64,000 nt of DNA, taken from assembly GCA_964016885.1 (NCBI GenBank), contig OZ024743.1:219294001-219358000 (forward strand), in the 5' to 3' direction. The notes beneath the pieces were generated by a model that had not been told where the DNA came from, made no database searches, and saw only the letters and a list, made by a program, of their open reading frames with translations. The first letter of the stretch is position 1. Each line of letters starts with the position of its first letter. A program made the translations under genes and the position numbers. The stretch comes from Eledone cirrhosa (Eukaryota). This document shows positions 37,220 through 50,829 of this stretch, piece after piece.

Positions 37220-40200
37220 ATATATCACTAGGAATTACTGCTCTACAGAATAAGTATTAACAATATATCACTGGGAATTACTGTTCTACAGAATCAGTAT
37301 TAACAATATAACACTAGGATTCACTCCTCTATAGAATCAGTATTAACAATATAACACTGGGATTCACTGCTCTATAGAATCAGTATTAACAATATATCAC
37401 AGGGATTCACTGCTCTATAGAATCAGTATTAACAATATAACACTGGGAATCACTGTTCTACAGAATCAGTATTAACAATATAACACTGGGAATCACTGTT
37501 CTACAGAATCAGTATTAACAATATAACACTGGGAATCACTGTTCTACAGAATCAGTATTAACAATATAACACAGGGAATCACTGCTCTATAGAATCAGTA
37601 TTAACAATATAACACTAGGATTCACTGCTCTATAGAATCAGTATTAAGAATATATCACAGGGATTCACTGCTCTATAGAATCAGTATTAACAATATAACA
37701 CTGGGATTCACTGCTCTATAGAATCAGTATTAACAATATAACACTGGGATTCACTGCTCTATAGAATCAGTATTAACAATATAACACTGGGATTCACTGC
37801 TCTATAGAATCAGTATTAACAATATAACACTAGGATTCACTGCTCTATAGAATCAGTATTAACAATATAACACTGGGATTCACTGCTCTATAGAATCAGT
37901 ATTAACAATATAACACAGGGATTCACTGCTCTATAGAATCAGTATTAACAATATAACACTGGGATTCACTGCTCTATAGAATCAGTATTAACAATATAAC
38001 ACTGGCATTCACTGCTCTACAGAATCAGTATTAACAATATAACACTGGGATTCACTGCTCTATAGAATCAGTATTAACAATATAACACAGGGATTCACTG
38101 CTCTATAGAATCAGTATTAACAATATAACACTGGGATTCACTGCTCTATAGAATCAGTATTAACAATATAACACTGGGATTCACTGCTCTATAGAATCAG
38201 TATTAACAATATAACACTGGGATTCACTGCTCTATAGAATCAGTATTAACAATATATCACAGGGATTCACTGCTCTATAGAATCAGTATTAACAATATAT
38301 CACAGGGATTCACTGCTCTATAGAATCAGTATTAACAATATAACACTAGGATTCACTGCTCTATAGAATCAGTATTAACAATATAACACTGGGATTCACT
38401 GCTCTATAGAATCAGTATTAACAATATATCACAGGGATTCACTGCTCTATAGAATCAGTATTAACAATATAACACTGGGATTCACTGCTCTATAGAATCA
38501 GTATTAACAATATATCACAGGGATTCACTGCACTATAGAATCAGTATTAACAATATAACACTGGGATTCACTGCTCTATAGAATCAGTATTAACAATATA
38601 ACACTGGGATTCACTGCTCTATAGAATCAGTATTAACAATATAACACTAGGATTCACTGCTCTATAGAATCAGTATTAACAATATATCACAGGGATTCAC
38701 TGCTCTATAGAATCAGTATTAACAATATAACACTGGGATTCACTGCTCTATAGAATCAGTATTAACAATATAACACTAGGATTCACTGCTCTATAGAATC
38801 AGTATTAACAATATAACACTGGGATTCACTGCTCTATAGAATCAGTATTAACAATATAACACTAGGATTCACTGCTCTATAGAATCAGTATTAACAATAT
38901 AACACTAGGATTCACTGCTCTATAGAATCAGTATTAACAATATAACACTGGGATTCACTGCTCTATAGAATCAGTATTAACAATATAACACTAGGATTCA
39001 CTGCTCTATAGAATCAGTATTAACAATATAACACTAGGATTCACTGCTCTATAGAATCAGTATTAACAATATAACACTGGGATTCACTGCTCTATAGAAT
39101 CAGTATTAACAATATAACACTGGGATTCACTGCTCTATAGAATCAGTATTAACAATATATCACAGGGATTCACTGCTCTATAGAATCAGTATTAACAATA
39201 TAACACTGGGATTCACTGCTCTATAGAATCAGTATTAACAATATAACACTGCAATTCACTACTCTATAGAATCAGTATTAACAATATATCACAGGGATTC
39301 ACTGCTCTATAGAATCAGTATTAACAATATAACACTGGGATTCACTGCTCTATAGAATCAGTATTAACAATATATCACAGGGATTCACTGCACTATAGAA
39401 TCAGTATTAACAATATAACACTAGGATTCACTGCTCTATAGAATCAGTATTAACAATATAACACTGGGATTCACTGCTCTATAGAATCAGTATTAACAAT
39501 ATATGACAGGGATTCACTGCTCTATAGAATCAGTATTAACAATATAACACTGGGATTCACTGCTCTATAGAATCAGTATTAACAATATATCACAGGGATT
39601 CACTGCTCTATAGAATCAGTATTAACAATATAACACTGGGATTCACTGCTCTATAGAATCAGTATTAACAATATAACACTGGGATTCACTGCTCTATAGA
39701 ATCAGTATTAACAATATAACACTAGGATTCACTGCTCTATAGAATCAGTATTAACAATATATCACAGGGATTCACTGCTCTATAGAATCAGTATTAACAA
39801 TATAACACTGGGATTCACTGCTCTATAGAATCAGTATTAACAATATAACACTAGGATTCACTGCTCTATAGAATCAGTATTAACAATATAACACTGGGAT
39901 TCACTGCTCTATAGAATCAGTATTAACAATATAACACTAGGATTCACTGCTCTACAGAATCAGTATTAACAATATAACACTAGGATTCACTGCTCTATAG
40001 AATCAGTATTAACAATATAACACTGGGATTCACTGCTCTATAGAATCAGTATTAACAATATAACACTGGGATTCACTGCTCTATAGAATCAGTATTAACA
40101 ATATAACACTAGGATTCACTGCTCTATAGAATCAGTATTAACAATATAACACTGGGATTCACTGCTCTATAGAATCAGTATTAACAATATAACACTAGGA

Positions 40201-42390
40201 TTCACTGCTCTACAGAATCAGTATTAACAATATAACACTGGGATTCACTGCTCTATAGAATCAGTATTAACAATATAACACTGGGATTCACTACTCTATA
40301 GAATCAGTATTAACAATATAACACAGGGATTCACTGCTCTATAGAATCAGTATTAACAATATAACACTGGGATTCACTGCTCTATAGAATCAGTATTAAC
40401 AATATAACACTAGGATTCACTGCTCTATAGAATCAGTATTAACAATATAACACTGGCATTCACTGCTCTACAGAATCAGTATTAACAATATAACACTGGG
40501 ATTCACTGCTCTATAGAATCAGTATTAACAACATATCACAGCGATTCACTGCTCTATAGAATCAGTATTAACAATATATCACAGGGATTCACTGCTCTAT
40601 AGAATCAGTATTAACAATATAACACTGGGATTCACTGCTCTACAGAATCAGTATTAACAATATAACACTGGGATTCACTGCTCTATAGAATCAGTATTAA
40701 CAATATAACACTGGGATTCACTGCTCTATAGAATCAGTATTAACAATATAACACTGGGATTCACTGCTCTATAGAATCAGTATTAACAATATAACACTGG
40801 GATTCACTGCTCTATAGAATCAGTATTAACAATATAACACAGGAAATCACTGCTCTATAGAATCAGTATTAACAATATAACACTGGGATTCACTGCTCTA
40901 TAGAATCAGTATTAACAATATAACACAGGGATTCACTGCTCTATAGAATCAGTATTAACAATATAACACTGGGATTCACTGCTCTATAGAATCAGTATTA
41001 ACAATATAACACTGGGATTCACTGCTCTATAGAATCAGTATTAACAATATATCACAGCGATTCACTGCTCTATAGAATCAGTATTAACAATATAACACTA
41101 GGATTCACTGCTCTATAGAATCAGTATTAACAATATAACACTGGGATTCACTGCTCTATAGAATCAGTATTAACAATATAATACTGGGATTCACTGCTCT
41201 ATAGAATCAGTATTAACAATATATCACAGGGATTCACTGCTCTACAGAATCAGTATTAACAATATAACACTGGGATTCACTGCTCTATAGAATCAGTATT
41301 AACAATATAACACTAGGATTCACTGCTCTATAGAATCAGTATTAACAATATAACACTAGGATTCACTGCTCTATAGAATCAGTATTAACAATATAACACT
41401 GGGATTCACTGCTCTACAGAATCAGTATTAACAATATAACACTGGGATTCACTGCTCTATAGAATCAGTATTAACAATATAACACTGGGATTCACTGCTC
41501 TACAGAATCAGTATTAACAATATAACACTGGGATTCACTACTCTATAGAATCAGTATTAACAATATAACACTGGGATTCACTGCTCTATAGAATCAGTAT
41601 TAACAATATAACACAGGGAATCACTGCTCTATAGAATCAGTATTAACAATATAACACTGGGATTCACTGCTCTATAGAATCAGTATTAACAATATAACAC
41701 TAGGATTCACTGCTCTATAGAATCAGTATTAACAATATAACACTAGGATTCACTGCTCTATAGAATCAGTATTAACAATATAACACTGGGATTCACTGCT
41801 CTACAGAATCAGTATTAACAATATAACACTGGGATTCACTGCTCTATAGAATCAGTATTAACAATATAACACTGGGATTCACTGCTCTACAGAATCAGTA
41901 TTAACAATATAACACTGGGATTCACTACTCTATAGAATCAGTATTAACAATATAACACTGGGATTCACTGCTCTATAGAATCAGTATTAACAATATAACA
42001 CAGGGAATCACTGCTCTATAGAATCAGTATTAACAATATAACACAGGGAATCACTGCTCTATAGAATCAGTATTAACAATATAACACTGGGATTCACTGC
42101 TCTACAGAATCAGTATTAACAATATAACACTGGGATTCACTGCTCTATAGAATCAGTATTAACAATATAACACTGGGATTCACTGCTCTATAGAATCAGT
42201 ATTAACAATATAACACTGGGATTCACTGCTCTATAGAATCAGTATTAACAATATAACACTGGGATTCACTGCTCTATAGAATCAGTATTAACAATATAAC
42301 ACAGGGATTCACTGCTCTATAGAATCAGTATTAACAATATATCACAGGGAATCACTGCTCTACAGAATCAGTATTATCAATATAACACAA
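37220..42390. repeat. 43-bp satellite array, about 120 monomers
   Basis: Consensus actgggattcactgctctatagaatcagtattaacaatataac. Few variant positions and no unique spacers. Confidence 0.97.
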
Positions 42391-42517
42391 CATATGCTAC
42401 ACAATCAATACCCAGTAAAATAATACAACACACACTCATACATAATAGATACCAACACTATAATATTAATAACTGACACAACTCATGAATATTAACCATA
42501 CATTGGATAATCTAGAC

Positions 42518-42705
42518 CAGTGGTTCCCAAAGTGGGTTCTGTGGAACCCAAGGGTTCTAAAAAGGAATGTCTGAGGTTCTGTGAAAAAAAGGTAGAGAAG
42601 TATATTTATATTATGGCCATATAACAGTATTAGACTTTGGAGCTTCCCCAAAAAGTTTCTGAACCAAAAAGAGTTCTGTGTTTGAAAAAGTTTGGGAAAC
42701 CCCAG
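42518..42705. mobile_element. hAT-type MITE (sister copy 22697-22861); another hAT-like relic follows at 42713-43213
   Basis: TIRs cagtggttcccaaa / tttgggaaacccca; tctagac duplicated on both sides. Confidence 0.82.
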
Positions 42706-43934
42706 TCTAGACCAAGGTTTCTCAAAACCTGTCTCAATTCTGGGGTTCTAATAAAAATCTTTCCAGCACTATGGTGTTTTGGAGGCTTAAGCCCCTCCAA
42801 TAATTTATTTCAATATATTTATGCTTTGGTTTTTACTACAGTGATTTTCTATTGACTCTAAATATATTAGTATGATCATGTTTTTAATTTCTTCCTTAGT
42901 CTTGTATTAGTGATAAAAAAGCATGAGCTAATATTTATAATACACATATACCGTATATATACTTAAGACCAATACTAAAACTGTATGAATAAAAATTAAT
43001 ACAAATTTTTTAATTTTTTTTTTATATGAATAAATTCTCTCTTTAACAAATTTTGTTATATTTTGTGTCTTATCAAAATTAAAGGGATTGGGATTGTTCA
43101 TAAAATATAGGTATGGGTTCCATGATTTTTGGAAAACTGTATAAGGGTCCCACAATTTTTGGAAAATTATATAAGATTTTTGCAACAAAATATATAAAGT
43201 TAGGGAAACCCTACTCCAAACAATTGCCAACAATTGTTCAACAAAATAAGACAATTCATATGGCACAAGAATTAGCTGAAAAGTTCAATAATGATATGGA
43301 ATATTAATTTCTAGCATTGACACAAGGTCACAAATTTGGAAGGAAGTATTGAACCCCAGTATTTCACTGGTACTTATTTTATTGACTTCAGTGGGATTAG
43401 AAATAAATATTACAAACTGTTGCTTTACCATTTCTGTCACTCACCACTCTCATAATATACAATAACAATAATAATGGCTTTTGATTTAGGCACAAGGCCA
43501 ACATCTTTGGGGGAGGGAAAAGTCGATTATATCGAAGCCAGAGCATTACTGGTACTTTATTTTGTCGACCTCGTAAGAATGAAAGGCAAAGCTAACCTTG
43601 GTGGGCTTTGAACTTAGAACATAAAGAGATGTAGCTATATGCTGCAAAGCATGTCCAACACTCTACCAATATTGCCAATACACAGCTCTTTTTGCAATAA
43701 TAATAATGGTTTCGGATTTAGGCAGAAGACCAACAATATTTTTTGGCCGTTGGAGAAGTCGATTAAATTGACCCCAGTGCATTACTGGTACTTTATTTTA
43801 TTGATCTCGAAAGGATGAAAGGCAAAGATGATCTCTGCAGGACTTGAACCCAGAATGCAAAGAGCCAAAATATATTCTGCAAACCATATTATCTGGCATT
43901 AATGATTTTGCCAATCCATTGCACTATCAACATT

Positions 43935-44312
43935 AACAAGCACCTTTTTGAATTCCATGTGTCTAACACCCGTGAATATGCTTACAAAGTCAGAAAAACA
44001 GTACAGCTCCAATGACTTTCGGAAACATTTTTTCATGCTCAGAGTTGCTGAAGCATGGAACAAACTACCTATATCAGTTTTAGCTGCTGAGACACTGCAT
44101 CCTTTAGAACCTCCATGCTTCCCAAAATTCACCAACACTAAACCTGATATTCCCCCTCCATACACATGCACGCAAGTATCTGTGTGTATATCATGACTCA
44201 TACACTGTTCTCTTTCCTGACATTTGTATATTATTCTATGTACTATACATGCACCTTTAATGAGTTGTAGTGCACCTGAGCACTGTACACAATAAATTTC
44301 ATTATTATTATT
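43935..44312 (+). mobile_element. CR1-clade LINE 3' fragment
   Basis: NDFRKHFFMLRVAEAWNKLP is the typical CR1 C-terminal motif. Ends aataaatttc(att)n. Confidence 0.75.
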
Positions 44313-44389
44313 AACAACAACAAGTGCAACAACAACAACAATGATAATAATTATAATAAAGAAAGATATGAAAATGTTTTGGGTCTTAC

Positions 44390-44696
44390 CTACTCGAAGA
44401 TATAAGTTTGTACTGAACTGGGCTAATGCTACAGGTGAAAAGACCCCACCTAAAGTTCCGAGGGTTCGAATAATAGAACTATTAACAGGTTTTGGAAGAT
44501 TGTTGAAAGGGTGGCTCGATTCTTGCCATTCCTGATTAAAAGAGAATGGTACATTAAAGATCCCAAAACGGGGTCGTTTGTTACTTGGATCATTGTTTTC
44601 TTCCTCTTTGGGGAATATATTTTCTGTTTCTGTCTCGCCTGAAGATTCATAAAAAGATTGTAGACGATCTCTCTTACAAAAGGACATGTTCTCCAT
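44390..44696 (-). CDS. SLC12A9: First coding exon of a cation-chloride cotransporter (SLC12 family, SLC12A9/CIP1-like): cytoplasmic N-terminus plus TM1
   Basis: ATG at 44696 in good context (gctATGG) with an in-frame stop upstream. Translation ends RTLGTLGGVFSPVALAQFSTNLYLRVG, which matches the SLC12A9 TM1 pattern as I recall it (human RKLSTFLGVVVPTVLSMFSIVVFLRIG). A phase-1 donor G|GTAAGA lies at 44390/44389; a possible acceptor tttatgtcag lies at 44778. The ORF-track continuation past the donor is intronic. Confidence 0.85.
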
Positions 44697-45159
44697 AGCG
44701 GTATACCGTGTACCATATATCGTGTTCAATGGCTTTATGTTGACAGTGAGTTATGGTGACAGCAGTTGTTGCTTACCCTGACATAAACTAGTAGCAGGAA
44801 GGATTACAATGATGACAATAAAAACAGCAATATCAAGCTAATAACAATAGATATTCCTGTATATTGTGAATAATTAATCTAAAAAAAATAATACCACCAT
44901 TAAACCATCCCCCACCTACTACTACTACTACTACTACTATTATTACTGCTGCTGCTGCTGCAGCTGTTGTTATTGCTGTTCTTACCACCGCCACTACTAC
45001 TACTACTACTACTACCACTACTACTACTTTCTTTATTGACCACTGGATAATATATGATGTTCAGACAGTTGTATTTAATACCAGTAGACGAGAAAATATG
45101 AAAAATATTGAATTATAAAATATTGAATATCACAATAAATAAATAAATATATATAAGTA

Positions 45160-46765
45160 GATAATTATGTCTTTATTGGTCAATGGGGTCGAAACACAAA
45201 GGACAATACAAATGGATAAGTACAGTAGGAGTTTAACATATTTAATTGTGAAAATAGGTAACAAAATAACAATACATTTAAAATAACAGCAAACCTGTCA
45301 ACTCTCCCCATACAAGGGGAGATCACCCACCCACTTTGGATGGGTGAGAGATGTCTTCTCTTGTGGAAATGGGTATAGCTTTCATCATGTAAAATCTCCC
45401 TATTTTTGCCTCATTTCTCCCCGTTTCGGAGCACCTTTTTTCATGGTATGCTCCGTTTGAGTTTTTAGAAGTTGGTAGGTCTGCAACAGAATTCTCTAAT
45501 ATGGGAAAGTACCATACTGGTGAAATTTAGGTGCCCCATAGATCTGAAACCACCCTGAGCGCCAGGAGCACCATAGGAAGGTGCTCCTCTGCTCACTGAA
45601 CTCTCCAGCCTACAAGTGCATGCTTAAAGTAAGCCCATTCACGTGGGTCATTTTAGCCACATTCACCCACATTTAAACAAATCTACAAAGGGATGGGAGT
45701 GAGTACTTCTCTCTCCACCCTCACTTTCCTTTCCACGTAGAATTTGAAAAGGTCGATGAGGGCTTGGCCGAAGAGGAAAGTGTCTGTCTTCAGTCCTTTC
45801 AACCGTGTCTACTACACAATCGCTTTTGCCAGACACCAGGCAGGGGAAAACTGCTTGTCATTCCCGTCCAAAAGATGGCGGCAGGGTAATCTTCATGATG
45901 GACTTGGTCGATACACGTGATAATAGCTGTTCGATAAAACTTCACAAGTCAACAATGTTCAGACGCTGCTAGAGTGTATGCAGAATAGTTTTGTCGCTCT
46001 GCGCGCATCTCGGACAGGTCCATCTGACTGCACTTCCATGCCTGTAGAGTTTGTCTCGAACACGCAGTGCTCCCCAGTAGCACTGCCAGGCCAGGGATTT
46101 CTGGAAATTGTCCATAGTCCATGGACCGAAAGTTCTCTGGAACAGACTGGTTAGTTCGTTTTCGTTGACTGCCAGAATTTCTCCGAAAATGTCGTCGCTC
46201 CTGTTCACTATGTGTGCTCTCTTGAACGCTAACATGGAATTTCCACTGACCTCATTTCCAGATGCCATACACCCAGTTTCATGCTTTGCTTGACCTAAGA
46301 CGACTGCAGCTCAGTCAAAGAGATGATCAGCAGAAAGATGCATCTGACAAAAGGCAACCGCACCTATTCACCTTTTAAGACTATCTGAAAATGCTGTTGT
46401 CTCAGCTTATATTTGCGCATCTTCAACCGAGTCCTCCGCACAAATGGTGCTGCCAGTAGATGAACCACCTAGCCCACCCATGAGAAGTAAACGAGCAGGT
46501 GGTCCAGCTTGGTGAGGCGTGACGGTCTGGCGGTAATATATTATGGAGGCAATTTACACGTCTGCTCGGCCTTTGAGGGATAGCTTTGTCTCAGCCCATT
46601 TCTGGGTGAGAGTGACTGCCCTGCTTGTTACCTTGTACTAGTTCTTATCCACGTAGAGGTCTGGACCAAACTTGATTCCGAGCAGCTGACTTGATCTGTC
46701 TGTCCAGCATCTGATGGCACTGTTGAACGGCATGGATTTGCCATTCCATGTGCCGAGCAGCAAAC
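45160..46765 (-). mobile_element. Decayed Tx1/L1-like LINE (post-RT region and zf-RVT zinc finger)
   Basis: ORF 45969-46268 reads FQKSLAWQCYWGALRVRDKL...CPRC...LH. The 3' end near 45170 matches the family end seen at 25920-25950. Confidence 0.75.
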
Positions 46766-47084
46766 ACTGTACTGGAATGTACCCAAATATTAACAAATAC
46801 AGTGAAATAGCAGCTGTATTGTTCTTACAAAGTCATAATCTATCTGTTATAAGCCGAAGGCTCATCAGGCTGGTGCTTATCTCCGGTTTCCTTGGCGATA
46901 AGCAATTGAGAATACAAGACTCTCCCTGGATAGGACACCGGTCTATCGCAGGATTAACTTCCCAACTAAGTTTGTGATCGAGGCACTTTATTTTGCAAAG
47001 TACTATTTTTCCCTTGAGTTTGTGATTCAAGAGAAAGGTAAGAAATTCTTCATATTTTGCATCTTTTGTATTTTGACTTTTTTC

Positions 47085-47780
47085 GTGCGACCTCCAAACC
47101 CCACAGTGGTGCCTGGCTCCATGCCCTGCCCTCCTTCTCCACTGGCACGCAGCTAGACAACTATAGCCTGCGAATCGGCATTTCCCTGAGGCTCGGCCTC
47201 CGGATCTGCCAGCCACACCAATGTTGCTGCGGTTCCACCGTGGACTCTTTCGGCCTCCACCCGCTTTCCTGTTGCCACAGTGCCGGCCGCATTCCACGCC
47301 ATGCTGCCCTCAATGAGGTCATTAAGCATGGCTTGGATGCTGCAGGCTTCCCTTCCCAGCTCGAGTTGGTGGGGCTGGCTCGAGGGGACGTCAAAAGGCC
47401 AGATGGCATGACCATCTTCCCGTTCCGCGGTGGCAAACCCCTCGTCTGGGATGTCACTTGCACCGACACTTTCTGCAGCCACAACCCGATTCAGTCTGTG
47501 ACTGACCCAGGTTCTGCTGCACGTTGGGCTGAGGGGACCAAACTCCTTAAATACCGGTCGCTCTCCGACAGGTTTGCAGTCGTACCCCTAGCAGTGGAGG
47601 CTTCTGATGTCCTCGGCCCCAGGGCTACCTCCCTACTCACTGAGCTAGCCGGCCGCAGGTGTGAGTCCCGCGAGTTGGAGTGGCTTTTCCAGCACATCTC
47701 CCTTGCCGTCCTCCGGGGAAACACCTTCTCCATTCTGTCCACCGGGGCTGTGGGTGGGCCCCATCGCGTACCGTTGTAGT
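47085..47780 (+). mobile_element. CRE-clade non-LTR retrotransposon 3' fragment (zinc finger plus restriction-like endonuclease)
   Basis: ORF 47057-47779 contains SGAWLHALP, a CCCG..D..G.H..SC zinc finger, RHAALN, KRPDG, WDVT, LAVE and ISLAVLRGN. Confidence 0.85.
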
Positions 47781-48393
47781 TGTTGTATACAGATATTAAC
47801 TCATCAATCCCATTGTCCTAATATTATTATTTCTATTCTATTCATTATTATGTTATGTAAGCTTATTGTAGAATTGTCTATCCATTCAAAATATTACAAC
47901 AGCTAACAGTGAAATATAGAATTTAAAAAAAAAAAGCTTTTTCGACTGAGATCAAATCTTTGAGAACATTGACGTCTATTTTCAAAAATATATAATTTGA
48001 AATAACTTGCTTTTATTTTGGATTGAATCTTTTTTGTATTTAATTTGTACGAGTATTTTTTAAAGATGTTTTTAAAGATTCTAACATAACTTGATTCGGC
48101 CCAGTAATCTACTGATATTAAAATCAGTAGTATATTGAAAAATGGGAAAATAGGGTAGGGGGGCCTTTTGTGATTTTGAGGGGCAAAAGGGGCGTTTGGC
48201 CTTTGCTGTAGACTAAATAAAATATGCTTATACTCTACTAATGTATTGTGTACCTTTTTAAACTGTGGTCACTTCCCAATATAAATCAAACCTCCACCTT
48301 TGTACAATTGTAAAATTGCCTCCCGCATTTTGTTTGTTCTTTTCAACTATATATATGCATGCAAACACATGCACAGTATTATACATGCCGTCA

Positions 48394-48445
<52 letters not shown>

Positions 48446-48932
48446 ATGATATTAATAAATAGAAACTATCTTTATAAAACCATATTTATTTTATTATATA
48501 TATTTCAAGGGTCCCAAAATGTTGGTACGCTCTCATCAGATAAAATGCAAAAGTTGTTTTATAAATAGTGACATATCCAAAAATCAAGAACTTATCGTTT
48601 TAAGTTCTGTTTGAATAGTGAAAGAAATTTCAAATCTTAGGATGAATATGTTAATGAGGCCGACGTGAAGTTGAAAAAGATCGTTATATTTAGACGCTAG
48701 GTAAATTTAAATAATTATTAGGATAATTTTTTAAGGGAAGAAAAGAGAGAGGTTAATATTAATATTAGGGTGTAAGAAAATTTAAGGAATGAATATAAAA
48801 AAAAAATATATTATAGATAGAAATAGACTATTATTATTAAAATATAATTGTATGGATCATATCAGTGATGGTGTAAAGAGAGTGAAATAATTATATTTAC
48901 TTTATTTAATTATATAATTATATATTTTGGTA

Positions 48933-49015
<83 letters not shown>

Positions 49016-49400
49016 AAAAGAGAGAGTGTGCGTGAGTGTGTGTGCATGTTGGGGGAGAGTGAAAGAGAGCAAGACAAAGGAAAATAGAAAGATAAGTTCA
49101 GAATTGTTTGATGTCTTTTAGAAGTGTGCAGCATATTTGTCAATGGTGATAAGTTTGCTTGTGCCAGCTGTGTAAAATACTCTAGTTTCTTTGACCTTTG
49201 GAAACAGTTGGTAGCGCAGTGCTCATGCACCTATATATACACATACATGCACTCACATGCATACACATCTCCAGTTACACTTGCACAGTTCACATACATG
49301 TGTGTATGTAAGAATGCATGCATGTGTGCATGTATGTATTGTGTAAATATATATATATATACATACTCACTATGCATATGTATGTGTTTATATATGTATG

Positions 49401-49436
<36 letters not shown>

Positions 49437-49443
49437 TATATAT

Positions 49444-50357
49444 ATCATCATCATCATCATCGTTTAACGTCCATGTTCCACGCTTGCATGGGTTTGGACG
49501 GGAGTTTTTCCCACTTGAGGCAAGAGTGGTTGTCTTGCTCGCATAGGACTGTCTGGCGGGTTGCCCTTCCTAAGGATGCCCTTCCTAAGGATGCCCTTCC
49601 TAAGGATGCCCTTCCTAAGGATGCCCTTCCTAACACCAACCACATTTACAGTGTGGGTCTGGGAGGTTTTTACCGTGTTGCCTACACGGCCACATTACAG
49701 CGTGGACTCTGTGTTTTTTTGTCGTGACACCTACACGATCTCATTTGTTTCGGCCTGGATGTTGTGGCACCAACATAACTTTACATTGAAAGGGGCGGTG
49801 TGGATGGGGTGGGGGTGGTGGGATGGGGGTGTATTTTGTTAGAGATGCCTACTGACTGTAGTAGGTTTTACTTTGTATTTAGGTAAGGCGGGTCTTCTCT
49901 ATTACTGAGTGCCGCCAAAGATCTCGGTCCAGTGACATTGTCTTGGAGAGGTGTAAGTGTGTGAGGTCGGAGTTTATCAGGTCGTCCCAGGTTTTTCTGG
50001 GTCTGCCTACTCCGTGGCTACCGTCTATCTTTATTGCCCTGCACTTTTTTATACAGCTGTCGTCTTTCATGCGCATTACGTGACCATACCAACGTAGCCT
50101 TCTCTCAAGTAAACAACATCTGATCCCTCTTATTTCTAATTTTTCCCTTAGTTCGTTTATGCTTTGCCGTTCGCGTATATTATTATTACACATCCAGCGG
50201 AGCATGCAAGCTTCGTTCCTCTCTAGTCTGCGTATATCCTCTGCACACAATATCTCACTGCCATGCAACATTGCTGTTCGTATGCAGGCATCATACAGCC
50301 TGCCTTTCATTTTTAGGGAGAACCCTTTAGCGGCTAATAGTGGTATAAGCTCTCTGA
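49444..50357 (-). mobile_element. 5'-truncated RTE subfamily A copy in (TA)n
   Basis: (CAT)n tail; RT C-terminal coding (ORF 49879-50457); both ends abut (TA)n. Confidence 0.92.
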
Positions 50358-50389
50358 TATATATATACGTACACACACACACACAAACG

Positions 50390-50444
<55 letters not shown>

Positions 50445-50829
50445 CAAAGTTGAACATGAAAAAAAAAAGAAAGAAAAATCTGTACTCTCTCTCTCCCTCC
50501 TGGGGTCAGACTACACCAGTCTCATGAACCAACAACAAAATAACATTGTCAACCTTTGCAACTCGTGGTAACTTGTTTGTTGTAATTTTTGAAGTTTGTT
50601 TGTATGAAGTTTGTTTGTATGAAGTTTGTTTGTATGAACTGTTTCTCTTCTTCTCTCATGTTTATGTAATCTGCCTCTTCTCAGACGTAATGAGTTGGTT
50701 CATATAAACAGTCCAATATAAATAGCAATAAGGAAGTAAGAAGGAAACAGAAGAAAAAGTAAACAAAGAAGAAAGAAATTAAGCAGCAAAAGAAAGAGAA
50801 AAGGAGAAGGGAGGGACAGACTCTATATC

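Noticed and set aside
37220-42390. CRISPR-like regular array
   Set aside because: Monomers are contiguous with no unique spacers, there are no cas genes, and the context is eukaryotic.
43899-44389. C-terminal part of the 276-aa ORF with an apparent transmembrane segment
   Set aside because: It lies past the GTAAG donor and reads through (ATT/GTT)n and an antisense CR1 fragment.
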